A DNA stretch of 64,000 bases from Takakia lepidozioides (lineage: Eukaryota > Plantae > Bryophyta), in contig CM060731.1 of the NCBI GenBank assembly GCA_030704615.1, forward strand, positions 13,144,001-13,208,000. The letters are read 5' to 3'. A model generated the notes under the pieces. That model made no database searches and was not told the origin of the DNA. It worked only from the letters and a program-made list of their open reading frames with translations. Positions 51,090 through 64,000 of this stretch are shown here, piece after piece. How positions within the stretch are numbered: the stretch's first letter is position 1; the number at the start of each line of letters is the position of its first letter. Made by a program: the position numbers and the translations under genes.

Positions 51090-54000
51090 TTACTCGGTAG
51101 TCCAATGTGAAGGCCATTGAATAAGCCCATCTCTAATATGCTGGAGGTCCCAGAACTTGTCTCCCAGCTCACTTTGCAACTGAGACCAAGTCCATGAGGC
51201 ATGCCCCAGAAATACCCACAAATCCTGACTGGTTAATTTACTAGACTCCATCAACTCAAAGAGACCCCTTGCAGATCTGGCTGCTCCGTAATAAATACCC
51301 GGTACAACCTCCTGGAAACCTTGTAAGCCTGAAACCCGGGATAACAAGAAGAAGGGCATCCCTTGCGCTACAACTGGGCCACCATAGCCAAGGGATACTG
51401 AGCTTAATAGCTCCTGGAGCCCAGCTTGAAGGTGTGGCACAGTATCCCAGGCCAGAGGCTTATTGACAATGAGTCCCTGGATGCCTGTCAATGTGTCCAC
51501 GGAAACTAACAAAATCAGTGTTTTTTTGAAGACAGGTGACATGTTATCCAGCAACATGGAGGCCACCAACAGTGAGCCAATTCCAGGGTGACTTGCATCT
51601 CCACCAGACACAATTTCACCAGATTCAGCAGTCTTCATAATACTCAGCTGTAGATCTGGCTCTTCCAGAACAATTGTAGTCAAGGAAGGATGCTCTTGTA
51701 TTGGACTAGAAAATTCATCCATTGAATGAGGTACAGGTATAGAAATTTGGCGAACAAGAGGGACTTCATGACTGGAAGCACCAGGTCCATTTGAATGCAC
51801 AGCGACTCTCTCCACATTGTAAGTGCCTGCATCAGCACAGAATATGATCACACTAACCATCACATTACATTCTGTATTAGCAAAAGCGATAGTCCCAGCA
51901 AGTGGCCAAGTTCAACTTACACAGAGAAGCTGCATTTCTTTTTTTGTCTGCTAGATGAAGGGACTGGAGACTTTACCTAAGAACAAGAGCATGATTTTGC
52001 CAGTTAACATACCCTGCTTCAGGCAAGGTTAAAAGGAGAACAAGGCCAGATCCTGCTGGTGAACCTACAATGCATCTTTAGCAGTGTGGCCACTATGCCC
52101 GAACCACTGGGCTATCTCTTGGAAGGTCAGCTAGAAAAAAGAGCACAGGAGCAAACAAATAGGCAGCGAAACACAGAAGAGGAGGAAGAGGACTGGCAAT
52201 AGAACGTAGAGAGAACCCACCCAAGTGGCCCTTGAATGTCTGAAACAGGTCAATGTCCAACAAATTGGAGAAGTCAGAGTGAAACAGTCAGTTGGGACAG
52301 TCGTGGAAGAGCCAACCTGGAAACGCACAAGGCAGCTTTGATGATGCAACCCCATGTGTGCGGAGGAAGTGAAAGAGGCCACGCACTTCCACTGCACCCT
52401 CATAAACTACTGGTTCATGTTTCTTTTGAGCTGGATATAATACAACAGCTGGGTACGTTCCATCCTGCTTAGGGGCACACAAGTTCATGTAGAATGTGAG
52501 TCGATGTATTAACTGACTGTTGGCATGTACTGTTGCTATGAAGTACCCTTGAGGGCACAGTCCTGGAGGATACTAAGAACGTGCTTTGATACGACTGCTC
52601 ATCCTGAATAGCCAGAAAATAAATGACCTTCACAACGGGTGGACAGTAATACACATGGCTGTGATTGAACTGCCAGTCACACTCTCATGAGACAAGTAGC
52701 CCATTGGCGTGGGGCTCTGATTGCGTGTCAGTGACATTCTCTACCAAAGAGAAAACGGACATTCATAACATCCAAGGGTTGATGGACGCAGAAACCCATA
52801 TCAAACTACACCAAATGTCCTCCATGACGTAGAGACGGGCAAGACAGAGAACCCAATACAAAGCTTCTGCTGCACACTGCAGTAAAAAGCTACCAAGCTG
52901 GGAAGAAGGGATGGTCTGAGGGACATACCCGAGGGACCAGATGTCTTAACAAGTGAGTACAGTCATTCAAGGTACAGTCAATTTGCAGCAAGTCGGGAAG
53001 CCCATGGTCACCATCATCATTAGTGTTGCTAGCTGCTCTTTTGACAAAATTTTCTACAACAAAAGCACAGCTGGACCCTTAATTTGGTGTTGTATCCCCC
53101 CTTCCATCCCTCCCAACTCCTCTCTAATACCCCGATTCCTTTTCTCTCCAGAATGAGAATCTGACCTGATGATCTACAACAAATTCAGGAAGGAACTAGC
53201 ATCATTGTGTGCAAGACATTTTGAATGTAACTGGGACGCAACAGTTTGTGCAAAACTATCCTAACCCGGCTAGGCTAAAGCGTACCTAAATGGATTCCTG
53301 GGCATTTCCTCTTACATTGTATGAGCAACTGAAGGCATTGTCTCTACCTTACACAAGTGTCTAGTAAGCATCCAACTGTGTACTGAACATTCAATTGCAT
53401 TGAGAAGAATTTAAGAACTTCCTTCCACTAAGACTTGGGCGAGAAGATGGCTTTGATAAATGCAGTTCGATAGTTTCCAGAGTCTAGCTCTTGGTCAGTG
53501 GTAGCCACAAACATTCTCTGTTTACAGCAACAATAGCTAGTAAATAACCTGGTATGCATTTCAGGCAATAGAACAGAATACCTGCATGCTCTATGAGGAT
53601 ATCCACAGGTGGTGTATTCCCAGAGTTTTGCTCCTCCTTTGATTGCCGAATATGGGGGGCCTGAAATGGCATGAATTTGTTAGCAATGTGGGTTGATTCG
53701 TGAATGCCTTGGGAAGAGCACTTTATCGATATGGTCAGAGAAGGGGGCTCCTATCCAGAAGATTACTAGAGAAGACATTTATTTCGTACCCAATAAAAAC
53801 AAGGCTATTAGAGACAATGTCACTCAGTGTGTGAGAACTTGAATCAACTCCCACCCGCAATTGAGAGCTAAGAATTGGGAAATGGCTGTTGATTTTCTTC
53901 ACAGCCCAAACGATGGGTGGATGGAACCTTGTAGATTAGCATGTGCACTGTGGTTGAACACATAGAATCTGCGCTCAATGAATGCACCTGTTCTTTATGG

Positions 54001-57000
54001 GATGCCAATTTGAGTTGAACTTCAACCCCTCCGAGCAGGTTGTCAAACAACTTCACGAGGATCTAGCATAGGTAGTTTTATTGTAAGCTCCCCCTTTGAG
54101 CAAAATGAGGGTGCACCACTTGGTCTTGAAGGGGTGTGGGAAGACCTTACTCTTCCTACATTCCAGGCCATAGGGTGACATACATATCTAAGCCTTTGTC
54201 CAAAACATTTCCAAATCATGTCCATCCCACCAAAAACTCTCAACTACAGCGGACAAGTCATACCTCGCTAGTGCCTTGACTAATGGAAGGGTCCCCGTAG
54301 TATTTCAAAGAGTGGTGGACTTCACGGAAGACAAGCTCCATCCGCTTACAAAATCCACACCATGATGTAGTAAAGAGCACCACCACATCCTTCTCCCAGG
54401 CAGGGCCCACCAACCTGCTCACATTTCCTTCCCCTACTCTCTCCTGGGATGACAGCTTTGCGCCTCCCTCAGTTCTTCCCCTGTCCATCCCAAGGACTAG
54501 ATGTGGAAAGGTATTGACTGTAACTTGTGGAACAGGAGCGACATCATGAAAATCTCGGTTCACAAAGGGGGGCCGGGGACCCTCCCTGTGTGGCCCAGGA
54601 GGAGGTTCTGAGTTCACAGCCTTTTCTAGCTGGCCCAGAAGGAAACGATCAACAAACTGTATGAGAGATGACTCAGTTATGGGTTTCTCGAGAGGAAACA
54701 GGTAGTGCGCCTCACTATCAGGGTGGAGTACCACCACTGCAGGAGTCGCTGAACTCATTGTCAGCTTTTCTTTCAATGGATCATAACCATCCCGAAACAG
54801 GAATTCAATGATGGGCCTAGGCCCCATTTGTAGTTCCTCTGTCTCCTCTTTTTCTTGTTTAAACCCTTCATGCAGGGAATCCTCCAAGTGTGCATCCCTT
54901 AACTCCAGGTCTCCGGATTTTGGTTCAATATGGTACTCCAATGGCACACTTTCCAAGGGTTTCTCTGTAGGCTGTGAATATTGAGATTGATGTATATCTG
55001 GTACCCGGTAGTCCAAATCAAGCAATAGGTTGTCGATATCTCCAAACGACAATTCATCAATTGACTGCCATTTTCTACTGCCAAGAGAGGCTTTTCCCTG
55101 GTCCTCGATACTCACATGGTCAGAAACTTCCAATTCATCCTCTGCACCTTGTCGTTTCGGTGTTTCTTCACAACTTTCCATATGTGAGTGTTGTGCAGGG
55201 CATTGATTTCCTGTGTCCTTTCTTCCACCTTGAATACTCATCACATGCTCCACACCTGAGTTACGAAGCTCCCGAGTGGCAGTAGCTCCAGCATCCTTAG
55301 CCAATTTTCGTGACAATCGATCATCAGCATCCAGCTGCTCGGACGTAATCGGAGTATGAGTCGGTCCCTTCAGCAAAGTTTTTAGGACATTAGCTAAACT
55401 TGGCATGGCCTTCCCTTTGTTGTTACCTGGCACCAGAAGCTCTTGAACCGTACGTACACGTTCTGCAAGCTTATTCATAGTCCCTGGAAGGGGAGGCTCC
55501 CCCTTGAGCTGGAGGACCAGGTCTCCATTCCCACTTTTCAAGTGCCCTCCTTCCGAACTGGAAACTCCGAGTAACTTCAACAGATCTCCAGCCTCGACCA
55601 ATTGAAATTGAACACCCTGCTTAACAGCTACGGAGATCGATGCCTTCAGAAGCTCATCAGTTGGTATCTTCTTCCTCATTACTGATTTGGTCCCCTGTGT
55701 AGAGCTTCCTTGTGCTTTACCTTTGATGTCAGTAGGCGTGGAAGCAAAATGGAAGGCCGCGCCTCGAGTGGCCTGGAGTGCGGCCTGACTGAGGGTCCGC
55801 ACTTGAGGTGAGGCTGATGCCCTATCAATAAAGAGAATCAGTGACGGCGTGTCATTCAAGAAAGCAGAAGAAGCAGACGCATGCTGGTGGTAACCCTCCC
55901 CTTCCAACTGCACCCGCAGTTCCGCATTGCGCACCAAATCATGGTGCGTCTATCATTTTGGAGGAAGGAGAGCAAGGTCAAGAAAGAAAGAGATGAGGGA
56001 AGAACCCATTGAGCAGAAACAGTGCGGATTCATACAATGGACTACCTCAACCCCATTTCTGGACTCCTGTCCCTGACAGTCCAGGGGTTACTGGTGGTGG
56101 TGCAGTTTACAACTATGGCAGGCCCATCAAGGAAGGCATATGGGTTTGCATTTCATGTAATGCATTGAGTATTAAATCCTGATCATACCCTTGACAAAGA
56201 CATGGAGAGTCTAGCCATGATGCATGATCCCAATAGAATCTTGTGAGAACTGAACTACCTCTGAATTCACCATATTCCACCCCATCGAAAGAAAGGGAAT
56301 GCATACCTCAATCACGAGAGAGGGAGAAGCACTGAGAATAAAGCCCTCGACATCTCCTTCCCCATTGAAGACATCAGGTGAGCGGTAGAGGTCTTGAACC
56401 TGTGCTAGCAGCAGCCATGGCTGACGAGCCTCTACCTGCACAAATCCTGCATCTACAGCGACACTCTTGTCTGTCACAATCCCAAACTTCTGCCGTAGAG
56501 GTGTCAATGCACGGCTCCTTGCAACAGCAGAAAAATTGTGGTATATAGCCTTAAAGTGTTCTCGCACTGCTGGTGTACAGAAATGATCACTCTTGCCGCT
56601 TACAGCCTCTTCTTTCTTTTCTCGCCCATCTTCCATCGGATAAATTTCTTCATCAGTAATATTGACATTACCATCCACATTTGAAAAGCCAAAATGCTCA
56701 TCCCACGAGTGATAGCTTTCACTATTGCTAACAGACTCCAGGGTCTCTTCCATGGTCTCTGGAGGGGCATCCAATCTATCGACCACCAACGCTTCAACAA
56801 GCTGCTCCAAACCTGCCATTGTAGGCTCCTGACCGACATTAGCTGTACTATCGAGCTTAAGGCCTTCTTGCCTACGACTGCTATTGCTGTCCTCCCAATC
56901 CAAAGAGGTTGACTCTTCAAATCCATGATTCCCTTCCAATTTATCAAAGGAATCAACTCTGTGATGCTGCAACAGCTTCTCCGTGCCCATATCTGACCGC

Positions 57001-58477
57001 TGATCTTCATGCTGCTTCTTGTCAAAGCTCTGTGCCCATCCACAGAAATCTAAAAGCAAAAAAGCCCTGTCTGTGGAGCCAACAAAGCTCTCCAAGTCCT
57101 CAGAGCTTTGTAAATGTTTAACTGGAAAGTCAACCATAGAAGTACACATCCCATACCGAAGGGCCTCTAGTATATGGGGACCTGTCAGCCGCCCTCCATA
57201 GAGATATGGGGTACCTTGTCGAAACAGTAATATACTTGGAGAACGGCCACCAGGTAGAAGCCTGGACAATATGTTGTCCTTGTTTATATGGACAAAACGC
57301 AGTTGCAGCACTGAGAATGTGTCAGGGTCCTCCTTCACTAGCTTCGACATTTCCCTCATCAGGCTTCTGCCTTCACCGCACCCTGTTAGGGGAGAAATTC
57401 ATGTGTCAGTACTTCTGTCTCTTTCGGTTATTGCAAGTTATTAGTAGATGGACACAGCATTCATCAGCCCAGAGATACCAGACGGACAAACAGAGATGCC
57501 CTCATGGCCTGTTCCCTGTGGAAGTGCTTCCTGGCCTGCCCATGAGTTCATAGTACAGCAGGAGACTAACTTTCTCAGGTTCGTCCAGGTTTTACCACAC
57601 AAAGATACAAACATCAGTCCAAAATTTCCAGAGCACTGGCACGCGCCAAGTGGACTCTAAGTACAGGACATTCACTGTCCCTGCACACAATCCCAGAACT
57701 CCAAATGGAATCCTAAGTACAGCACATTCACTGTCTAAGGGTTTCCCTGGACACAATACTAGAGAGGATGATCTGATATCAGCACCGCTACTACATCCTT
57801 CCACAAAAGGAGAGGGAGGCATACAACATATGGATGCAAAGTGTGTCCGTCCATAAAGATTCCTTGCTAGCTGACCTAACCTAGCACAATACATTGGCCT
57901 GACTCGAGACTGACATATTCGATCAACTCAGGGTAGACAACAACAAACTTTCAGAGAGAACTGTCCATTTGCGCATCACCTCTCTACCTTCATTCGTCTC
58001 GGCGAGGGATTTTCAACGTTTCCCTTCAGTAATTTCCAAGCTCCCATGGCATTACACTCATACTGGAAGTACCATATAATCGTCCCCGAAAAAGCTGACA
58101 CTTGGAAAGATGTCAGCTTTAACTAATACACTTCGACAAAGCTCCATGTTCATGAGAAACCAACCAAGAAGAAGGGATGCAGATTTAGATTGAAAGCAGT
58201 AAACAGAGAAAGATGATAAAATCCAGAAATAATGAATCACGGGGTGTAACCATCTGAGCAACAACTCACATGCCAGCATCGTGATACACAGGCAGAAATC
58301 GTGTCTGTAGACATCGTTGTAGTTCTCCACTGTCAGCTCCTTCCATTCCTGCTGCTGGTCGAGATCTAAGGCGAACGCTGGACGAAAGCATCGCTCACTC
58401 CCCCAGAAAAAAAAGGAAAACAACAGCGAGGTGAGGAAAAAGACTAAAGAGCATGATAGATGCCCTAGACCTGTCAT
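51090..58477 (-). CDS. Thioredoxin-like domains + C-terminal DUF179/AlgH protein (At3g19780-like), ~1338 aa; complement(join(51090..51826,52317..52464,52929..53053,53582..53660,54264..55907,56307..57382,58270..58477))
   Basis: Hydrophobic N-terminus; WKELTVENY..LAWCGEGRSL; LLLDFCGWA; FTTSWCGFCKRME; IDCTLNDC; YPAVVLYPA; DUF179 motifs GSLLVAS, GLIVNKP, GGPV, WVFLGHASWTWSQLQSEL; all splice phases consistent (4017 nt). Exon-3 acceptor could alternatively be 55949. Confidence 0.88.
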
Positions 58478-59479
58478 TTGGCCCAATCCTTCTGCAGAAA
58501 TAATATGATCGGTGTCATAAAGAAGTCGCTAGAGATCCAGGAAAGATTCTCAATTCGTCCCTTCCGATCTTCCGGTTTTGAGTCATGATCTCGGACGGAG
58601 GCATCGTTTGAATCTCTCTACACCATCGTACACACATCCCCCTGCTCTCGTCTCTCTCCCAATTCGTCAATTGGATGAAGTAATGACAAAAAATCGGATG
58701 ATTCCGTTCAGAAATAAATGGTGAATTACTAAATATTTTGGCAAAAAAACTGAAATCTGCCAGCAACAGCCACACAAGTCAATCCTGCAAGGGCGGCACC
58801 TGGAACTTTCGCCATTTAATGGACCATTTATGTCGAAACCTAGTATATATATGTATAATCAGGTTAATCTATATAATATATATTGCCTCGTTGTCAACTT
58901 ATCGAAGGATTTTTCTTTTTCTTTTTCTTTTTTTAATTTGGTGAAAGGGGAGGAAGCCCATCAAATCTTTATTCGAAAGATTTACAAAGAGAGAAGATAC
59001 AAGATCAGTGCTGCTTCCGTTGGGAAGACGAATACTTCAATACTAAACGGGGGTTGGTACGGAGTGAGCAGAGTTGTGAGCAGTGGTGAGGACTAATCCG
59101 TGGTAGGTAAATAAGAAGCCAGGCTACACAGGCAAATTCGCCCACTGTTTGCACGTCTATGGGGCGATACCGGGAAAGCAAACCCCAAGATCGCTGTGCC
59201 CCGCAAGTTTGCTTCGCCTCCAACAAATTGAGAAAATATGCTCATGCGACAGAATTGCATGATGGTGTGATCGTGGAGTAGTAGAATGCAGCTAGCTGAG
59301 GGATCTCGCCGAATCTGCTTCCTACAGCATGCAAGTTCAGCGAAACTGAAGACTTCTAGCAGCCGATTTTACATGTCGCCAATTGATATCTCTGTCAAAT
59401 TCTGGAGACACCATGGAGGGCCGTGTTGAGATTTCTCAAGCCGACTGGTGGGAGGGCTGCCCAAGTGCAAACTGATGGT

Positions 59480-60110
59480 GCAGAGCAGAAGTGGTCATTC
59501 CTTTGCCGAAGTGGTGGTGAAGGCTGCATGGATGGTTGCAGCATGTTGGGGGGTCCGTTCAATATCTGTACATATACATAGTTTCGACCACGCTTTCCTC
59601 ACCTCAATCTGCAAGTCCCAGATTACACGAGACAACAAGGTAGACAGGGAGCAGGTGGTACCTGAGAGGGTCTAGGCGCATCGAGCCTTCCAAATGTGCC
59701 ACAACGTAGAGCTTATAAGACACTCAAAGATCAGGCAGTTAAAAGCTCGGTAAAGCTAATGTTTCCATTAAGCCAGACGAGCAGCAAGAGCACATGACAG
59801 CATCCTGGAACTGAAGCCACTCCCCTACCTTGAGAGCTCTGGTGGCAATCTGCCAAAGGAAGGCAGATACTTTTGCAGGTCTAGTTTTACTCCAGATGGA
59901 GCTCCATGTAGTTTCCAGTTTTCATCTGCAAATCCATAAGATTGTCATTTGTCATTCCATTTAGCAAAGAGGGGTAGGGGAGAGGTCAGGGTCTTATAAG
60001 CCTGTTTGGTATTGTAGAGGAAGAAAGGAACAGGAGCCCTGGAGAAAGACCAAGTTCACTCCGAGAAGGTCCACTATGCAGAGTCCGCTTGTCAAGTTAT
60101 TTCACCACTA
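59480..60110 (-). mobile_element. 3' fragment of an L1-type LINE ORF2 (zf-RVT region)
   Basis: YNTKQAYKTL, WSSIWSKTRPAKVSAFLWQIATRALKVGEWL..CSCC..ET, LWHIWKARC. Confidence 0.75.
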
Positions 60111-60111
60111 G

Positions 60112-63100
60112 TGTTAAACTAGCTAGGAAATGGCTAGCTTTTACATATTGACATTTGGGATTGGCCCAAGTGTCAATCCAGGGGTCAAGGCAGATTTAGG
60201 CCCTGGAGTGGTTATCTTCACGGCAAGCGTGGGGAGGCTCATATTTCTCGAGTTGAGCCTCACCACGCCATCTATGGCGCCGTAGTGTGGATTCCCCATG
60301 GCGTGGGGTACACTTGGCTTGACTTGTATTTGAGTGATGAGTTTATCTGCATGAGTTTATGCTTCAGCTTTGTGAGCTCGCATGAGCTTGTGCTTGTATT
60401 CTTCTTGTTTATCACTCGAGAAAGATGAGCTCGTATCTGTGAGTGCCAGGTACAAGTTAGTTGTAGCACTTGTGGTTTTTGCTTGAAAATGAGAGAAACC
60501 AGGTTGTTATGCAAGGAGCATCATGGAGCTCTTAGTAGTTAGGAGCGGAGGCGATGTGGGTTACGAGGTGCTAGACCTTGGCATTCGATCTTCAGCTTCA
60601 GAGATGAAAGCACCATGTTGCAGGTAATTCCAGAGCACCTTGATGGTTTCAGATTGTGTACATGCATGAGCAAGCACGATTGAGATTTGGTTGTTGGCAG
60701 TCCGGAATAGCTCCCCACACCTTGGTTGCTTTCCAGCTCGCACGCTTACTCACTAGTTTTTGGTCACTAACGGGCTTGCACCGTTCTCGGGGTTACTACT
60801 CCCTATATATACTTCTGTGATTGTCCGCGGGGGTTTCACAAACAACCTAGTCATTTTATCGCGAACCACCACGAAAACCCTCGATTCCCGGTGATGAGTC
60901 GCGGTGAGTCTTGGCCCACCCACCACGGCCCCATTGGACCATGATGAGTCCCAAGACTCCCCATGACTCCCACCACAAGGTTTCCGCCCATGGTGAGTCC
61001 TATGTCACCCCCACTGAGACCCACTAAGCTACCACCACCCCTCGTAGAACCACCCCCACCGCAATCCGGTGTGCGGGGCTCCACCTAGTGAGCGTCTCCG
61101 CCTCCTTGAGTGCCTTGGGCACTCAAGGGTGCTTCAGCTCCCGTACCTATTGTTGCCACTGCCCCCACCACGGGGGCAGCCCCTCTTGTGTCCCAACCCC
61201 CTGCCCTCAAGGCAAAGGGCCACAACACACACCCCTATCAACAGGGAGTCGATGTCCTCATCGACTTGTCCATTTTGTAGAAACTAACATCCAAGTTGTG
61301 GCGTCCAACATCAAGGAGTTTATTTCCGTACCATGGCGTCCCATGGCAAAGAACCAAACCCCCCACTTGACTCTACTCTCCACTAGCTAGTTCGGCCGAC
61401 TTCCTCCAAGTCCCAGCCAAGGGTGGAGCCTCTCAAGCTCCACCCAGTGCACTCTTCTTGGCCCACTTTAAGGCCAAGGAACGATCCTCCCTGAGGATCG
61501 AATTGCCTTATTGCAACAACATTGCTTGCGACCGCTCATGATGTCGCTTTTGGCATCACCTTGAGCAATGGTTCACCTTAAACCCCCTTTTAACTAGGAA
61601 GATAACTTGAATCAACCGTGCACCCCAATCGCTACAATTGGGTCCGCCTTGGAATGCGCCTGAGGTACGGGAACACGCCGAAACCACACTACGACTTCGT
61701 CCCGAGGTTACACGATTATAGTACGTGAACAGAAGCACGTAGCTTCCGCGTTAATCCGCACTACAAGACAACTCCCTCGGTAGTGCAATTATAGTAAGCG
61801 CACACGCCAGGTGCGCACTAGCACGTGAACTCCCATAGAAGGCGCAAGTTTCATTTCCCCTTGGATGGGAGTCACCCGATTTCGGCATTGCGCAAATACA
61901 CGATTAATCCAATTTACCTCTCCCACTTTTGTAAGCTAGCATGCATTCTACACACTAGCCAACCATGCCATGCATCACTATTCCAAACAAAATAGGAAGC
62001 ACAACATTTGGAAACCATTTCATTTATAAACAAAATTTGTACAACACAAGTTTTTGCAATCGGATTCCTGAGCTAGCTAAGCCAAACTAAGCATGCATTT
62101 CCTCCCCCACGATCCAAGGTTGATGCCCCCATCAACGCTTCTTCTGCTTTTGAGGTCGCCTTTCGAAAGCTGCAACCACCTCGGATGTGTTTCCCATTTC
62201 TGAGGCACGCACCCAAGTTGCCTCCACTTGATGATAGCCCTTCCATTTCACGAGTTACTCCGTTTCTCGATTCTTGAACCTCCTTGACTTAAGCACTGCC
62301 TCCACCTCGTACTCAGGTTCATTTTCATGATCCAACAGCACAGGTAGCAGACGCAACACTTGATGCCGATTTGGACACGCTTCATCTTTGAAGTAAGGCT
62401 TCAAAAGGGAGACGTGGAATACCGGATGCACCTTGCTGTTTGCCGGCACCTCCACTTCATACACATCCTCATTCATAACCTTCTGGATGCGAAAAGGCCC
62501 CGCATACGAAGGTACAAACTTCGGACTCACTTCCGGAGGTAGTCGAAAATTCTTGATGTTCAACCAGACCTCCGTGCCTGCCTCAAACTTAACTTCCCTC
62601 CGTTTTCGGTTTGCCTACCGTTCATACCGTTTCCTAGCTTTGGCAATGTTGTACTTTGCGAGCTCCAACAAACGTTCGCGTTCTTCTAGCACCGCTACTG
62701 CTGCCGGTTCTTCAACGTCATGAACGGCCCAACTTGTCGGTACTAGAGGTGCTTTTCCATAGACCAATACGAAAGGGAAGACTCCCGTTGCGGAGTGTTT
62801 CTGCCGACACATAATTCCGTAAGATTTGCTTCATCACGGAATTCACTCTTTCCATTTGGCCGTCTGTCGTAGGTCGGAAGGCCATGCTCATCTTGAGCCT
62901 CGTCCCCATTTTCTTCCAAAGTGCCCTCCAAAATTTACTTGTAAACTTTGGATCGCGGTCCGAGACAATATCCTTCGGTAGTCCATGATGCTTGAAGACG
63001 TGGGCGATGTAAAGTCGTCCCGTCTCCTACGCCATTATCGTCTCCTTGGTGGGAATGAAATGGCCCATTTTATTGAACCTATCCACCACCACCACCATGA

Positions 63101-64000
63101 TTGCGTCGAATCTTTTTGATAGCGGCATAGCAGTCATGAAATCCATCGAGACACTTTCCCAAGACCCCCCTGGAATCGGCAAGGGTTATAAGAGCCTCGT
63201 TTGCTTTTTGTACTTGCTCCGGTTTTGTTGGCATGTGGTGCATGTCTTGACATATTCCTCGGCCTCCCCCCTCAGTTTGGGCCAGAAATACTCTTTCTTC
63301 AAGAGTGTCGCGGTGCGCTTAGCTCCACCGTGGCCCGCAAGCGGGCCATCATGGCATTCTCTCAAGAGACTATCTCTGATCCCTCCCTTCGGCACGTAGA
63401 GATGCTTTTGCTTATACCGAAGCAGTCCATTGTGCAAGTGGAACTGCGATTTAATCCCCAGCCTCAAGTCCCGCATCACGGACTTCGCCATCTCAGCCTT
63501 CCGGTAAGCCTTCCGGAACTTCCGTTGGAGCGTCGTCTCGCCCCTGTACACCAACATGAGCTGCTGCTTTCTACTTAAAGCATCGGCTGCCACATTGTCC
63601 CGTCCCGGTTTGTACTGGATATCCACGTCGAACACTACCAAAGTGTCTTGTCACCTAAGTTATTTTGGGGACAACTTAGGCTGTGTGGCAAAATACTTCA
63701 CTGTGACATTGTTTGTGAACACCTTCACCGGGTTGGAACCAACATAGTGGCGCCAAAGCTCAAGGCAATGCACCACCGCCTTCATTTCTTTCTCGTGCGT
63801 AGGCCACTGTCGTTCCACTTCATTCAGTTTCTTACTTTCGTAAGTCACTGGACGTCCATCCTGCATGAGCACACCCCCAATTGCGAAGTCCGACGCATCT
63901 GTATGAATCTCAAATGGATGGTCGAACTCCGGGATTTTCAGGACTGGAGCTTCCGCCATCCGCTGCTTCAACTCGGCAAAAGCTTGGCCACAAAAGGTGT
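60112..64000 (-). mobile_element. Ty3/gypsy chromovirus (possibly Galadriel-like), 3' part; continues beyond the window
   Basis: RNase H (HTDASDFAIGGVL), integrase (CHDGPLAGH..CTTC, TDGQMERVN, GPF), chromodomain (EYEVEAVL..*LVKWKGY), PPT-like GTGGGGGAGGAAA at ~62098-62110. Putative ~2 kb LTR 62097-60112 with uncertain boundaries. Confidence 0.88.

Overview
Nuclear DNA from a land plant, probably non-seed/bryophyte-like (inferred from GT-AG introns, plastid FKBP13, a PLS-PPR remnant and the transposon types). Host genes: a 4-exon C2-domain gene, 5-exon FKBP13, tRNA-Lys(UUU) and a 7-exon thioredoxin-like/DUF179 gene. Most other sequence is nested mobile DNA: four Ty3/gypsy elements (two chromoviruses), two LINE fragments, a hAT-like remnant, a MITE and non-autonomous Helitrons. 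The main candidate system is a ~14 kb DNA transposon at 31311-45479. It carries (i) an apparently intact 2-exon Mutator-type transposase with a GCM-like Zn DNA-binding domain, DDE core and SWIM finger; (ii) a divergently transcribed, intron-rich, frameshifted cargo gene with a ParB-like (DGNH[R]) domain and a beta-class N6A/N4C DNA methyltransferase-like domain; (iii) arrays of a covarying 22-28 bp palindrome (GTGAATGTCGT-TG-ACGACATTCAC) in the two long introns of that gene; (iv) short CTCCACTA termini with GCGTGAGC subterminal palindromes. Its right end is interleaved with a gypsy element whose 5' LTR is split into three reordered blocks. All assignments come from manual motif reading; no searches were run.
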